A stretch of DNA of 62,934 nucleotides, filler included, from Stramenopiles sp. TOSAG23-2 (GCA_900128395.1; 17 parts of 17 records of this genome joined end to end with filler, not necessarily neighbours in it); one strand, 5' to 3'; shown: positions 36,942 through 48,539, counted from the first letter of the whole stretch. Translations and numbers: made by a program. Notes: generated by a model from the sequence alone, not told the origin.

Positions 36942-37374
36942 AAAAGAAAAAAAATACGTAAAAATATTGAAAGAGAGGCTGTGTGTGTATATTAAATATG
37001 ATATAATATATTTTTATATATATGCTAATGCGTGTGTAGGTGTGTGTCTAATTGCATATTTGTATATATAATATTATATTTTATCATATGCTTCGTAGAG
37101 AGTGTTATGGGTGCGTCGTGTACATAATATTATTCGGATCATAATTAAAACTGAAAAGAATACCCGTATTTTTTTTTATTATTTTTTATATCATATATTT
37201 ATTTATAAATAAAAATTATATTAAAACTCATTATTACATTTTTAAGATATGTGTGATTACAAATGCTTTCTCAATAAACAGTATAATTTCGCATTTTTTT
37301 TAATACCCGAATTAATATCTCTTCTGTTACCTTCCAAACGCATTAATAAACCGCCATTTTTAAGATATGTGTGA

Positions 37375-37821
37375 TTACAAATGCTTTCTCAATAAACAGT
37401 ATAATTTCGCATTTTTTTTAATACCCGAATTAATATCTCTTCTGTTACCTTCCAAACGCATTAATAAACCGCCATATGATACATATACAGCAACATTATT
37501 TTCTTCTTTATCTTCAAAATGAAATACTTGCCCGTGCATAGCATACTCATAGTCATCCAATAAAGTTGGACCTTTTGGCGGCTCATAATAATCAGCACTT
37601 GCTTCACCATTAGGCTTTATGGTCGTATTCAACGACATTACTATTTGATCATCTGTTTTGCATCTAAAAAATTCAGAATGTACATCAATGGTCAATTTCA
37701 TGCCATACGTGTTCCCTGTGCAAACTAGCCTTGAGACGCGGTCAAACTTTTTCCCATCCGGATCTACCGCTGTCACTTTAAAGGTATCGTTGAATACTTG
37801 TCCTGCCTCATCTGTATCCAT
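37375..37821 (-). CDS. RPB8: RNA polymerase I/II/III shared subunit RPABC3 (Rpb8)
   Basis: FNDTFKVTAVDPDGKKFDRVSRL, LLDDYEYAMHG and YVSYGGLLMRLEG. Start placed at MDTDEAG because the upstream ORF-track extension comes from a duplicated block. Confidence 0.95.
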   Translation of the reverse strand: MDTDEAGQVFNDTFKVTAVDPDGKKFDRVSRLVCTGNTYGMKLTIDVHSEFFRCKTDDQIVMSLNTTIKPNGEASADYYEPPKGPTLLDDYEYAMHGQVFHFEDKEENNVAVYVSYGGLLMRLEGNRRDINSGIKKNAKLYCLLRKHL

Positions 37822-38953
37822 TATATCTATACCTCCTATTCTAGCTATATTATATACTTGTGTTAATTTTTCCATCCGGATCTACCGCTGTCACTTTAAA
37901 GGTATCGTTGAATACTTGTCCTGCCTCATCTGTATCCATTATATCTATACCTCCTATTCTAGCTATATTATATACTTGTGTTAATTTTTACTATATATAT
38001 ATATATATATATGTATATCTTTCTACTAATACAATAATAAGAAGAAGGATAATGGTAACACTAATACTATAAATATATAATTGTTCTATCTTTTGAATGT
38101 AAAGTCTATCTACAATATACTATCTATGACATATATTTAATAAATAAAAAAAATACGAGTTCATTCATCCATAATAAAAAAAATTTGTGGAGGAGCCGGC
38201 GGCGCTCGTGCGCTCGCCAGTCAGTGTTAGGTTTAGGGTGATAGTTTTGTTGTTGCGTATTATACCTTAATCCGACAAAGCCAATGCTGTGTAATGTATA
38301 CTTTGTATAGACAACAATAAGTATAATAATAATACGGTATAGCTAAGTTGAGGTCTATAGTAAAAGTTCTATAGTATCGAATAGTAAATAAAAATTCAGT
38401 GTAAGTTGAATGCCTGGAATTAGAATGCCATATGCTGGAATGATGACGTGAAGGCCTGAATGAAGGCACGCGTGATCAAAGAAATAAAGATAATGTATTT
38501 CATTAGATACAGGCAGATGATGAGAGAGATTGACTTGTACCTTCTTCATATATTATTACCATTCATATTTCATTGCATTGTTGATTAATTTTCATAATTA
38601 TGATGGTTAAAATGATAAAATTATTGATAACAATAATAACGACGTTATNNNNNNNNNNNNNNNNNNNNNNNNNNNNNNNNNNNNNNNNNNNNTTAATTAA
38701 TTAANNNNNNNNNNNNNNNNNNNNNNNNNNNNNNNNNNNNNNNNNNNNATAATATATGAGTAAGAGAACATTTTATATATGAGTAAGAGAAAAACACATA
38801 TATAATACGAAGTATATTATATATATATAAAAATAAATTTATGAGTAAATAAAATCTTTTTAAATTTTAAGTAAGAGGATTTTTTATATAAAAATAACGC
38901 TCTCTCTCGAATATTTTTCTTGAGCTATTTTCTTTCAACTCTCTCTCTCAAAG

Positions 38954-41900
38954 TTACAAAGGTGCCGGAGGTGGCCCAAGAATTTGGTATACTAAATTTG
39001 ATACAGGGTCATTGGGAACTGCTTGCACTGCAACTGTCTCATCGACATTATCTACACGATTATCAAGTATTTCTATAGGTACTGGAGGTGGTTTTCTTCG
39101 TGGTGGTGATGGAAGTACTATATTTCTAGTATGGTTGCTAGCTTGTTTCTTTGTAAAAGGTGTAGATGCAGCATTTGAAAGAAATTTGTTCTTCTTCTTC
39201 TTCAAGTTCTCCGTTTTCTTATCATTATACCCATTGCTACTCAAAGATTTGATTGGCGGGGGCGACTTGGATTGTATCTTTTTCTTGGAAGTCTTTTTCT
39301 TTACCTCGATACCATTACGTGGGCTAATACGAGGACTGCTCGAGTTCTTAATAACATCAGTTTGCATTTGATACACATACTCTAATCCATCTTGAATAGC
39401 TACTAACAGCTTCTGATCATTGCTGATATCAAAAGTTGATGATTTTGATAGCATGTTAGAATTTCTCCCATCTTCATTAAATGCACCACGCCGACCTTTT
39501 GAAGCTAGTATCGTACTACTGCGTTCTCTTGCAGCATCTGTCGCATTCTGAATTCTAGTTGCTTCAACATTTGATTTTATCCTGCTGCTGCGTGAATGCA
39601 GACTAATATTAGCCCCATTTACAGTACTACCATAATCTGTTACTTTCTTACTATTATCATTATTTTTATTATCATTATTATTATTATGTTGACCTTGGAT
39701 TGCAGCTGATTTTGTTTGTTGTAAAAATTTTGCTAAGTTACTAACATTAACATTTGTATTTGGAATATCTTTTCTGTTTATGGTAATGTTGTTGTAAAAC
39801 TGATCCGAAAAAGACAATAGAAAATCATCCATATCAACATCGGATATTAATCTCCGAGTCACACCTTTTTGTCTAAACGCTTTCTTAATTTCTGCCACTG
39901 TCATATTTAAATACTTATCGTTATTACTGTTGCTCATATTTAACCATGGCACGAGTGAAGATATTTGGTTGCTAGTTTTGGATACACGGAAACATGCTGC
40001 TCTTAATTTTTGCCCAATCTTTTTCACTACATCATCAGTTAATTTTGATGGGGCATATTGATCGTTCTTCATGAGCGTTTTAGGTATTTTTTTCAAACTC
40101 CAAGCTTTCCTTTCTAATACTTTGCTTTTCATCTCTTTAATACGAGAGATCTGTACAAACAATCCATTATTCTGCTCTGGCGCATTTAAACATCGAAAAT
40201 ATTGTACTCCTTCAACCTTTCCATTATTACGACCACCAAATACATCTTTTCCAATCAATTCAACGCCATACCATATACCTTTCGCGAAATGGGTTTTCCC
40301 AGTAAATCTAACAATCGCGTCTTTTCCTGACTTCAAAACAATACGGGATCCCACTTTCACGTTGCTTTTTAAATATCTTTCTCTACTAGACGGCGATGTT
40401 GTCGATGACGACGTTGAAATTGCAGGTGATGCAGATCTTGGAGATGCAGATCTTGGCGATCTGCGACGGACGTTGTTGGTTTTATCATTTTGATTTATTG
40501 GTGATATAAATTTGTTACCGACATAATCATTTGCTTTTGTTTTTGATGGCGAGCGCTCTTCCTTAGCTCCCTTTCTTTGTGACTTGGTTTTTCCACCACT
40601 TGGAACACGGTGATTAATATTCGAACCTGCCTTTTTCGGGGATACAGTTTTAAAAGGCGATTGCTTTCTTTTCGATGGACTGTTTTTCTTTTTTTTAGAA
40701 GGACTAAATTTATTATCACCTTGGTAATTTTTCTTGGTCAATATACTCTCCGCTTTGTATTGATTGTCTTCACCTGTTGGATCCGTAACAATTTGAGACA
40801 ATGATAAATATGATGATTGCAGTTGCTTAGTTTTTAATTTATTCGTCGTTTTGATTGATGGTGATGAAAATGGTATATTATTGTGATCATCTGGTTTATT
40901 GTTTTTGGAACGCATATAATTATTATGATACCCTATCGGAGATGTATCAGTTTCATCGTTATCGATTTTCTTGTAATTAGAATTACTATTACTATTACGA
41001 GGGCTAATCCCTATGCCTATTCCATTCGCTGTAGAAGTAATTGAATCAAATTGCTCGTTCAATTCAACCATTGTTGGCCGCGATACTGATTTTGGTTTAT
41101 CATTTTGATAATCTTTCTTCATTTTCAAGGTATTTTTGCTATTTTGATGATTATTTTTTCTACTATCATTATTTGAAAACAATGACGACATCCCTTTTGC
41201 ATTTTGGAATGGGTTCTTGTTGCTCTTGTTACCTCCTTGCTGTTGTGTTTCTGGATCAACAAATGATGACGGCTTTTTAAAATCATCCACAAAAATCGAT
41301 TGTATATTGTCTGTAGAATCATCATCCCTGTCATTATTAGAATTCAGTCCTCCACCTCGATACATAAACTTTTGTATTCTACCAATAATTTTCATCTTAC
41401 TCTTCATGCTGTTATTGTTCCTATTATTATTATAATTATTATTATAATTATTTGTATTGTTAATACTATCCAGTGAGTTATTTAGTTTACGTGCTCGCAT
41501 TTTCGAATATAATTGTTTTTCCACAACAACAAATATTTCTAATTGATGGTACAATACGGATATTGCGTTACTTAAATGATGTTTTAAATAATACAGACGT
41601 TTTGCTAACTTTTCCCTAAGTTGTACAGCATCTTCTGTATCAGAGCCGAACCAATTTATATTTGTATTTGTTATTATATTATTAATAGTTTCAAAATATC
41701 TTGCAGACACGCTAATAGCACCTTGATCACTTAACCGTTGAAATTCTTTTAAAAATATCACCAATAAATTACTAAGCTCGTCTACGTGCGAAGCTAGCCA
41801 CATCTGTATCTCAGATATAGATGACCAAGGAGGCAAAAGTCTTTTAACTTCTGCATTAATATTAGTATTATTCAATATATCAATATTATAAGTAGTAACT

Positions 41901-41989
41901 ACAGCGGACTTATCATCACCATCGTCTTCATGTTTTTCTAAATAATAAACTGACAAATTTTTATTACGATTTTCTATCTCATCTTCCAT
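38954..41989 (-). CDS. CAP-Gly domain protein, largely low-complexity
   Basis: VGSRIV....AIVRFTGKTHFAKGIWYGVEL....GRNNGKVEGVQYFRC.....GLFV; Asn/Ser/Lys-rich flanks. Confidence 0.85.
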   Translation of the reverse strand: MEDEIENRNKNLSVYYLEKHEDDGDDKSAVVTTYNIDILNNTNINAEVKRLLPPWSSISEIQMWLASHVDELSNLLVIFLKEFQRLSDQGAISVSARYFETINNIITNTNINWFGSDTEDAVQLREKLAKRLYYLKHHLSNAISVLYHQLEIFVVVEKQLYSKMRARKLNNSLDSINNTNNYNNNYNNNRNNNSMKSKMKIIGRIQKFMYRGGGLNSNNDRDDDSTDNIQSIFVDDFKKPSSFVDPETQQQGGNKSNKNPFQNAKGMSSLFSNNDSRKNNHQNSKNTLKMKKDYQNDKPKSVSRPTMVELNEQFDSITSTANGIGIGISPRNSNSNSNYKKIDNDETDTSPIGYHNNYMRSKNNKPDDHNNIPFSSPSIKTTNKLKTKQLQSSYLSLSQIVTDPTGEDNQYKAESILTKKNYQGDNKFSPSKKKKNSPSKRKQSPFKTVSPKKAGSNINHRVPSGGKTKSQRKGAKEERSPSKTKANDYVGNKFISPINQNDKTNNVRRRSPRSASPRSASPAISTSSSTTSPSSRERYLKSNVKVGSRIVLKSGKDAIVRFTGKTHFAKGIWYGVELIGKDVFGGRNNGKVEGVQYFRCLNAPEQNNGLFVQISRIKEMKSKVLERKAWSLKKIPKTLMKNDQYAPSKLTDDVVKKIGQKLRAACFRVSKTSNQISSLVPWLNMSNSNNDKYLNMTVAEIKKAFRQKGVTRRLISDVDMDDFLLSFSDQFYNNITINRKDIPNTNVNVSNLAKFLQQTKSAAIQGQHNNNNDNKNNDNSKKVTDYGSTVNGANISLHSRSSRIKSNVEATRIQNATDAARERSSTILASKGRRGAFNEDGRNSNMLSKSSTFDISNDQKLLVAIQDGLEYVYQMQTDVIKNSSSPRISPRNGIEVKKKTSKKKIQSKSPPPIKSLSSNGYNDKKTENLKKKKNKFLSNAASTPFTKKQASNHTRNIVLPSPPRRKPPPVPIEILDNRVDNVDETVAVQAVPNDPVSNLVYQILGPPPAPL

Positions 41990-42694
41990 GATGTAAACTA
42001 TATTCTTCTTCTTCTTCTTGTTCGTGTATTACTTCTAATTATTATTAATGAGTAAATGACATTGATGTATAAATATTACGGTGCGTTTGATATAACATTT
42101 TTCCATTTCTTATATACACAATTTATTATTTATTTATTCATAAGAAGTATATATTATTATTATTATTATTTTTTTACCACCTTATCACCACCACAAGTAG
42201 TATAAATTATATCATGATCTAGGATCACCACCGTGGTATGCTGGTGCTACGTGCCTACGGCCATAGGAAAAATAAAAAGAAGTGTTTAAGTTGGGGTTTT
42301 AAGGTAAATCCAATAAATTTTTCTGTACTTCTGTTTGTATTAAAATAGAGCTTATAGTGCTATTTGGAATTGGCCCTACACCACACACTATGGATAGGCG
42401 GCATAGATATTAGAAAATTTCAAAAGTCAATTTATTAATATGTGCATATAGCACAATATACTAGTATTTTATTTTTTATTTTTTTTTTCCAATATAAAAN
42501 NNNNNNNNNNNNNNNNNNNNNNNNNNNNNNNNNNNNNNNNNNNTTAATTAATTAANNNNNNNNNNNNNNNNNNNNNNNNNNNNNNNNNNNNNNNNNNNNC
42601 AACGGCACCATCGCCATCACCACCACCAACGGCACCATCGCCATCACCACCACCAACGGCACCTTGGTATATATCTGTTATCATAAATCTATGG

Positions 42695-42733
<39 letters not shown>

Positions 42734-43314
42734 GTATTGATGTTTTTCTATTTCATATATATATGTATGTATGTACATATTTTTATACTTTTTTATTTAT
42801 CTATTAGTAGAATTAGTATCTATCGATCCCTCTTTTTTTTAAATGAATAGGCACTTTGTAGTGCCTTTGCCACTCTCAGTTTGATGATTTTTGGAAGAAG
42901 AGTAATTTCACCTTAAAAAACGAGCACATTTTTACCGTTTTAACGAATTACAACATTACAACACTTTTTGTAAAATGTCATATCTCAGCCTAAATATAGA
43001 TTATATTTATACCTGGTAACAATCCAGTGACAATGATAATCCTATGCTATATAAACGAATTTCCAACATACAAATATTGATGAATATATATATATGCAAC
43101 ATATTATCATGCAAATATTATATACATGTACATATATGTATCATGCAAATACAAATAAAACACACAAATAGATAGATAAACCAATTAATAAAAAACATTT
43201 TCTATATATATATATATATATTCATAAAGATATAATAGAATCTAAAATATATACTTAAAGTATTTCAAATATTCTACACACACACACACACACAAATATA
43301 CACAAATCATCATC

Positions 43315-43629
43315 ATGTTTCGTAGAAAATCAAAACCAAAAAATGTACAACAAGGCGAAGACGATGCAAATAGTATTAGTACATCAAACATCAATGATGC
43401 GAATAGCATTTTAGATGATTCCAGTAGCATTATGAATACAGTTGGTAGTATGTCCGCTCGAAGTATTGGTGATTTATCCGATATGAATGATGAAAGTCTT
43501 CGTCATGATGATGATGGTAATAACCCAGCTATTGATGATAATGAAAGCAAAAGCCACCATGGTAATTCTAATAACATGATCATGATGAATACTAATGATA
43601 GCAATAACAATCTTTTGAATACTAAATAA
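43315..43629 (+). CDS. Short Asp/Asn/Ser-rich hypothetical protein (possibly a gene fragment)
   Basis: 104-aa ATG ORF with host-like codon usage; no recognisable domain. Confidence 0.35.
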   Translation: MFRRKSKPKNVQQGEDDANSISTSNINDANSILDDSSSIMNTVGSMSARSIGDLSDMNDESLRHDDDGNNPAIDDNESKSHHGNSNNMIMMNTNDSNNNLLNTK

Positions 43630-43703
43630 TTTTTACTAAACTTTATAAATCATTTTTGATTTGAGATGTTAATGAACGGGAGTAAAAGAAATTTATATAA
43701 TAT

Positions 43704-43760
43704 ATGTGAGTAAGAGAACATTTTATATATATATATATATATAAAGTTTCTCTTACACAT
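43704..43760. repeat. Small palindromic element built from the dispersed TGAGTAAGAGAA motif around a (TA)n core
   Basis: ATGTG(AG)TAAGAGAA..(TA)n..TTCTCTTACACAT. The 12-mer also occurs at 38757, 38780, 44311 (rc) and 57641 (rc). Confidence 0.55.
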
Positions 43761-44355
43761 AATTTAATATAAAAGTTTTTTTTATAAATTATGATTTTTA
43801 TATATATATCGATTTATATGATATCATAAAATTCTGACTTGCGTATCATATCTCAAAGTACACGTGATATCATATATCTATTATTTCTTTTACGAATTTC
43901 CGTAAAATATTCGTGTCACATTTAATAAGATTATTTACTAAAATATTTAAAATATAATACGTACATATGTATGATACCGTATTAAAACAAAAAAAAACAG
44001 GAAAAAAGTACATATTATATATACATGCCTGTGTATGATCTATATATAATTCATTTAATACACATTTTTAAAAGCATGTATAATATAATGGTCAAGTTGT
44101 GTGCGTATAAAATGCTTTTTTTTTTTTTATTATTATTATTTCCATGTTGTGTATATGCGAGAGAGAACAACACCTCCATCCCCTCTACACAAAAGGATCT
44201 TATATACTATAATAATTAAAAAAAAAAGTTTCTTTTTCATTTTATTAACTATCATTTTTCTTTTTTCGTTTTTTTTGTAATTTTTTTGTTTCAATTATAT
44301 ATATATAATTTTCTCTTACTCATTTATATATATATATATATTCGATATTCAATAT

Positions 44356-45828
44356 TTACATTTTTGCAGTTGCAACGTCCCAATTTGTACCAGGTGGTAA
44401 TTCCAATTGGCCTAATAAATTATCTTGAAATCGACCTTGTGAACCATCAAGTTTTACACCACATGCATCAGCTACACGATTAATTCCATTAAACATACCA
44501 ATGACAGCAACTGTATCTATCAATGCTTTTTCACCCAATTTCTCAACAATTTGAAGTCTTAAATTGGAAACTTGAGAATCATACAGTCCATCCCCTAATA
44601 AACCATCGCAAACATATTGAGCAAATTCAGTCAATACATGTGAATGCGCCACGGTTGAATGTGCATCGTCTCCGTTTATAGCCCCGGTAATGTCAAAGTT
44701 TCTACCATTTGTAAAACCTAATAACATTCCGTGGCTCAAGGCTCAGTATGCACATACATTCAATTGACTTACTTTCGTAGCAAGCAATTCAATTTGAGAA
44801 CGATTGATCGCTCTTCCACCCATATTATTTGTATTTAAATTCCCTAAATACATTGCAGCTAAATTTCTTGCAAATGTGGCATGTGTAAGTGGAACGGCGG
44901 ATAACATTTTAAGAATATTTGGAACTCCCATGTTTTTACCATTACTAAAATTTTCATATACTAATTTTGTTAATGGATTGGTAGCATTTGTGACGGGGAC
45001 AACTGGTACACGGCCTGCTAGATCAGCAATACATTCTTGTCCCAAGCCAATTATTTTTTCTGGAATATCTGTTGACATTGGTGCTGTTGGTATTGCTGTT
45101 AATGGCCTACCGATACCATAACTAAATGTATCAACATGCGTCATTAATGCAACAATACCAACAATTTCAACATAAGCACCTGGTTCCAACATCGACGTGA
45201 CATTTTGATAATATTCTTCAGCATTTGCCATTCTTCCAGGATCAACAACAATACGATGTATTAAATCGATTTCTACTGGTGATAACGTACAACCATTAAA
45301 GGTTGTATATCCACCCAATTGCAATTCATTCACAAATTGTTCCGAACTTGCTTTTAACTCTTTTGCTTTGTTTGATGATCTTGCAATTCTAGTCAATCTT
45401 GCAATTTGAACGCGTTCCTCTGCTGTATAAAATGTACCACATTCTACCAGTTTAGACCAAGTGTTTTCATGTGCATCCACTAAATCTTGACGAATAGCAG
45501 TTGTTTGTAAATCATATGTATTCATATTACCAGTTGGTTTTAGAAATAGATCACTAGACAACAAGGCCATTGTATCATCACAACCACCGATGAAATCGCC
45601 ATTTTCAGCGTTAAATACGAACGGCGATGACGTGTGTTTCTTTGCTCTTGCATCATTGAATTTCATACGCCCATCGTTGGAAAACAACCAAGTACGAAAT
45701 TCATCTCTTGTGCTAAAAGTCATTTCTTGTAAATTGGCTTGTTTTTGTTCCACAAAAGGTTTCAATGCATTTAATGCTTGTTGATGAAATGGGCATGTTG
45801 CAAACCCAGCCACTACGAATGTAATCAT
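44356..45828 (-). CDS. Glutaredoxin-like/AhpD-like fusion, candidate selenoprotein (490 aa, in-frame TGA at 44743-44745 = Sec362)
   Basis: AAT GTA TGT GCA TAC TGA GCC TTG AGC CAC GGA ATG reads N-V-C-A-Y-U-A-L-S-H-G-M. It is preceded by RSQIELLATKVSQLN and followed in the same frame by an AhpD/CMD-like tail (IDTVAVIGMFNGINRVADACG). The N-terminus has CPFH, SSP and FIGGCDD. Confidence 0.88.
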
Positions 45829-46448
45829 ATTTGGCTAATATATATATATTATATATATATACACTTGAACGTGTATTGATTTAAAATAGTACACAACTAT
45901 TTTACCAGTATTTAGTAAAAGTGTATTTATGCACATGTGCCATGCATGTTTTTAGTTTTTATAATTATTGAGCCGAGTTGCATGTAGTTGGACAGATTGG
46001 ACACAAAGAGGTGAGCTGGTGAGATGATATGTGCACGTACAATGTACATCGATGATGGAAAAGTGGAAATTTGATAGTATTAAATATTAATAATACCATG
46101 TATGTAATACCATATACATTCCGAATTTCTTTTCAACAAGTACAAACATTTTGTATTCATAGATGTTGCAAGTTTACCTAGTTCAATCAATCATTGATGA
46201 CATTTTTTAACATTTGAATATACGAGTGCAGTATCACTAATACTGTAAGCTATTATAATACAATAGTGCTGGAGTGTGGTGATAATACCACTGCTGGTAA
46301 TTTTTAATTTGCAGCAGAGAGGAAAAAAAGAGCACTTCTTCTTTAATANNNNNNNNNNNNNNNNNNNNNNNNNNNNNNNNNNNNNNNNNNNNTTAATTAA
46401 TTAANNNNNNNNNNNNNNNNNNNNNNNNNNNNNNNNNNNNNNNNNNNN

Positions 46449-46819
46449 CCACGTGGAAACTCTCTTTTATATCTTTCAATTAATAAATAAAGTCTTCTCG
46501 CTGGATGTGAAAGTATCAGCTCATTTATACTTCTTCTATCGTAAACCACTTGCAATGCTTCATCACGTACACGTTCAAAATCATCACACCCGAATTCTTT
46601 TCTTAATTGTTGTATCAAAGATGATTCTTTCACATTACATAATGATTTAATATCTAAAAATTGAAATATTTTGGTCAAAAAACCACATGTTGATTCAACG
46701 CCAGCTGGTAAAACTAATATACCAATTCTAATCGTTCGTGTTGGTTTTTCTTGTAACGCTTCGATTGTCGACTGTTTCAGTCTCTTTCGTGGTGGTGGTT
46801 CAGTCGTCAACGACGCCAT
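46449..46819 (-). CDS. Hypothetical protein, 3'-truncated, possible F-box-like segment
   Basis: NLS-like PPRKRLK; LTKIFQFLDIKSLCNV resembles an F-box helix. Confidence 0.4.
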
Positions 46820-47249
46820 GTTTTTGTATATCGTCTCTTTTTATACTTTCTTGATATTATATGTGTGTATATATATATTCTTACTTGTTTGTTTAATATA
46901 TTTATATTAATTCATTCTTCGACTGAAAATTTTCATCAATTTGCAATGGAAAATTATAAAATATATATAGAGGAGAGTGGGTGTGTTTTGAACACGAAAA
47001 GTAAAAAGTAAAACAAAATACAAAAAAGTATCACTAAACTATTTTATTCCTAAAAGAAAAAACATTCTTCCGTACACATATCAATTCTCACACATTGGTC
47101 ATCTGGCTTCTCACATACTCATATATAATATCTAGATCGTCTCTATTTTCTGATCTCTATACTAATACACCCACAGTTCACATTATATTTTATTTATCTC
47201 ATCATATTAATATCATAGTTGTTTTGAATCTATATATACTACCTTTTTT

Positions 47250-48539
47250 TTACAATGCAACATAACTTTCTGGTAAATATGATTGAATTTGTTTCATTGA
47301 TTCATCCCAAAGTAATGTTTGATTTCCTTCATCTAATGTTAACACTTCATCCTCAAATCTAGTTTTGATATGATCACTTGGTGGCGTTGCTTTCCCTTCC
47401 GTGATTGCTTTTGCTGCTTTTCCAACTGCAACTGGTTTTGCTCCTTCAACACCATCTTTAAATATCTGTGGTACATCCGCAGGCATTAAAAAATCACCGG
47501 AATTTATATCTTTCCCAAAGCCAGCAGTCATTAAACTCGCAGCACCATCAGCAGCACTTTGCATTCCTGGATAATTTTTTTTCATACCACCTAACATCAT
47601 TGCCATTTTTTCTGGTGGTGCGCCTCCATCTTTAATATGACCCCTTGCTAAATTGTAAGCAAGGTCCGTTCCCGCTACTCCAGGCTCAGCAACAACACTT
47701 TTTACTTTTGATCCTTTAGCAGATAATTTCTTATGCAATGCCATCATAAAAACAGAATTTGCTAATTTTGTTTGATGATATCGTTCAAAAGCACCTTTTC
47801 CTCCACCTAGGGCATCTTTTTCAGCTTTGTTGAAATATTGTGGAAGTAAATTCCCAATACCATCCGTTGCACGTTGTTTCGATCTTGCACCAGAAGAATG
47901 TTGAGAAACACGTGCTTCACCACGTGCTTCAGCAGCATTTTCTAAACTTGACATGGTTGATAATGTCAATAAAAAATGTGAAAGATGATTAGTTTGCATT
48001 TGCACATCATAACCATCTACAGTACGCGTATCTGGTACGCCCATAACTCCGGCGTTATTTAACAACACATCCAAGCCGCCATATTTCGTAGCAATTTCAT
48101 TTACCTTTGCAGAAGCAGCTTTGACACTTTCAAAACTTTGAAGATCACATTCAACGGAAACAATTTCTGTGCTATTACTACCTTCAATAGCTTTTAGTTT
48201 ATCAATGCATGTTTGTACTCTTGGTGAGGAACGGTTTAATAATATTAAACATTTTGCTTTTAAACGTACTGCACCAACAGATGCATGGAATCCAGTGCCA
48301 TTTCCAGTAGTACCAGTGATTGCAACACATTTATCACTTAAATCGTTGCAATTATTTGCAATGCAATCTTCATATACAGCTGTAGATGGATCTGCATCTA
48401 TTGCAATTAGTTCTGAAATATCTTTTTGTGCAGGTGGTGGATTTTCTTTTAAATAATTGTCAATTTCTTCTTGTGTTTTACCAGCTGCAAGTGCTTCTTC
48501 CACCGATGCAAATGGTGCTTTACTAGCTCCACCTCCCAT
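47250..48539 (-). CDS. Short-chain dehydrogenase/reductase (retinol dehydrogenase/WWOX-like), likely N-myristoylated
   Basis: AITGTTGNGTG, CDLQSFESV, LDVLLNNAGVM, QMQTNHLSHFLL, catalytic YHQTK. Probable start MGGGASK at 48539. Confidence 0.9.
   Translation of the reverse strand: MGGGASKAPFASVEEALAAGKTQEEIDNYLKENPPPAQKDISELIAIDADPSTAVYEDCIANNCNDLSDKCVAITGTTGNGTGFHASVGAVRLKAKCLILLNRSSPRVQTCIDKLKAIEGSNSTEIVSVECDLQSFESVKAASAKVNEIATKYGGLDVLLNNAGVMGVPDTRTVDGYDVQMQTNHLSHFLLTLSTMSSLENAAEARGEARVSQHSSGARSKQRATDGIGNLLPQYFNKAEKDALGGGKGAFERYHQTKLANSVFMMALHKKLSAKGSKVKSVVAEPGVAGTDLAYNLARGHIKDGGAPPEKMAMMLGGMKKNYPGMQSAADGAASLMTAGFGKDINSGDFLMPADVPQIFKDGVEGAKPVAVGKAAKAITEGKATPPSDHIKTRFEDEVLTLDEGNQTLLWDESMKQIQSYLPESYVAL

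Noticed and set aside
38226-38237. TTAGGTTTAGGG telomere-like sequence
   Set aside because: Only two degenerate units, internal to a contig.
38438-38480. AUGAUGA...CUGA box C/D-like or SECIS-like hairpin
   Set aside because: Too short for a snoRNA, no exact rRNA guide recognised, and the SECIS core register is off by one.
43808-43849. AUGA-N12-AA-N21-GA pattern on the minus strand downstream of the AhpD-like gene
   Set aside because: The primary pattern fits a SECIS but the two helix strands do not pair.
44743-44745. Genome-wide UGA reassignment (Trp/Cys)
   Set aside because: TGA terminates several complete genes in the window and other long ORFs have no internal TGA.
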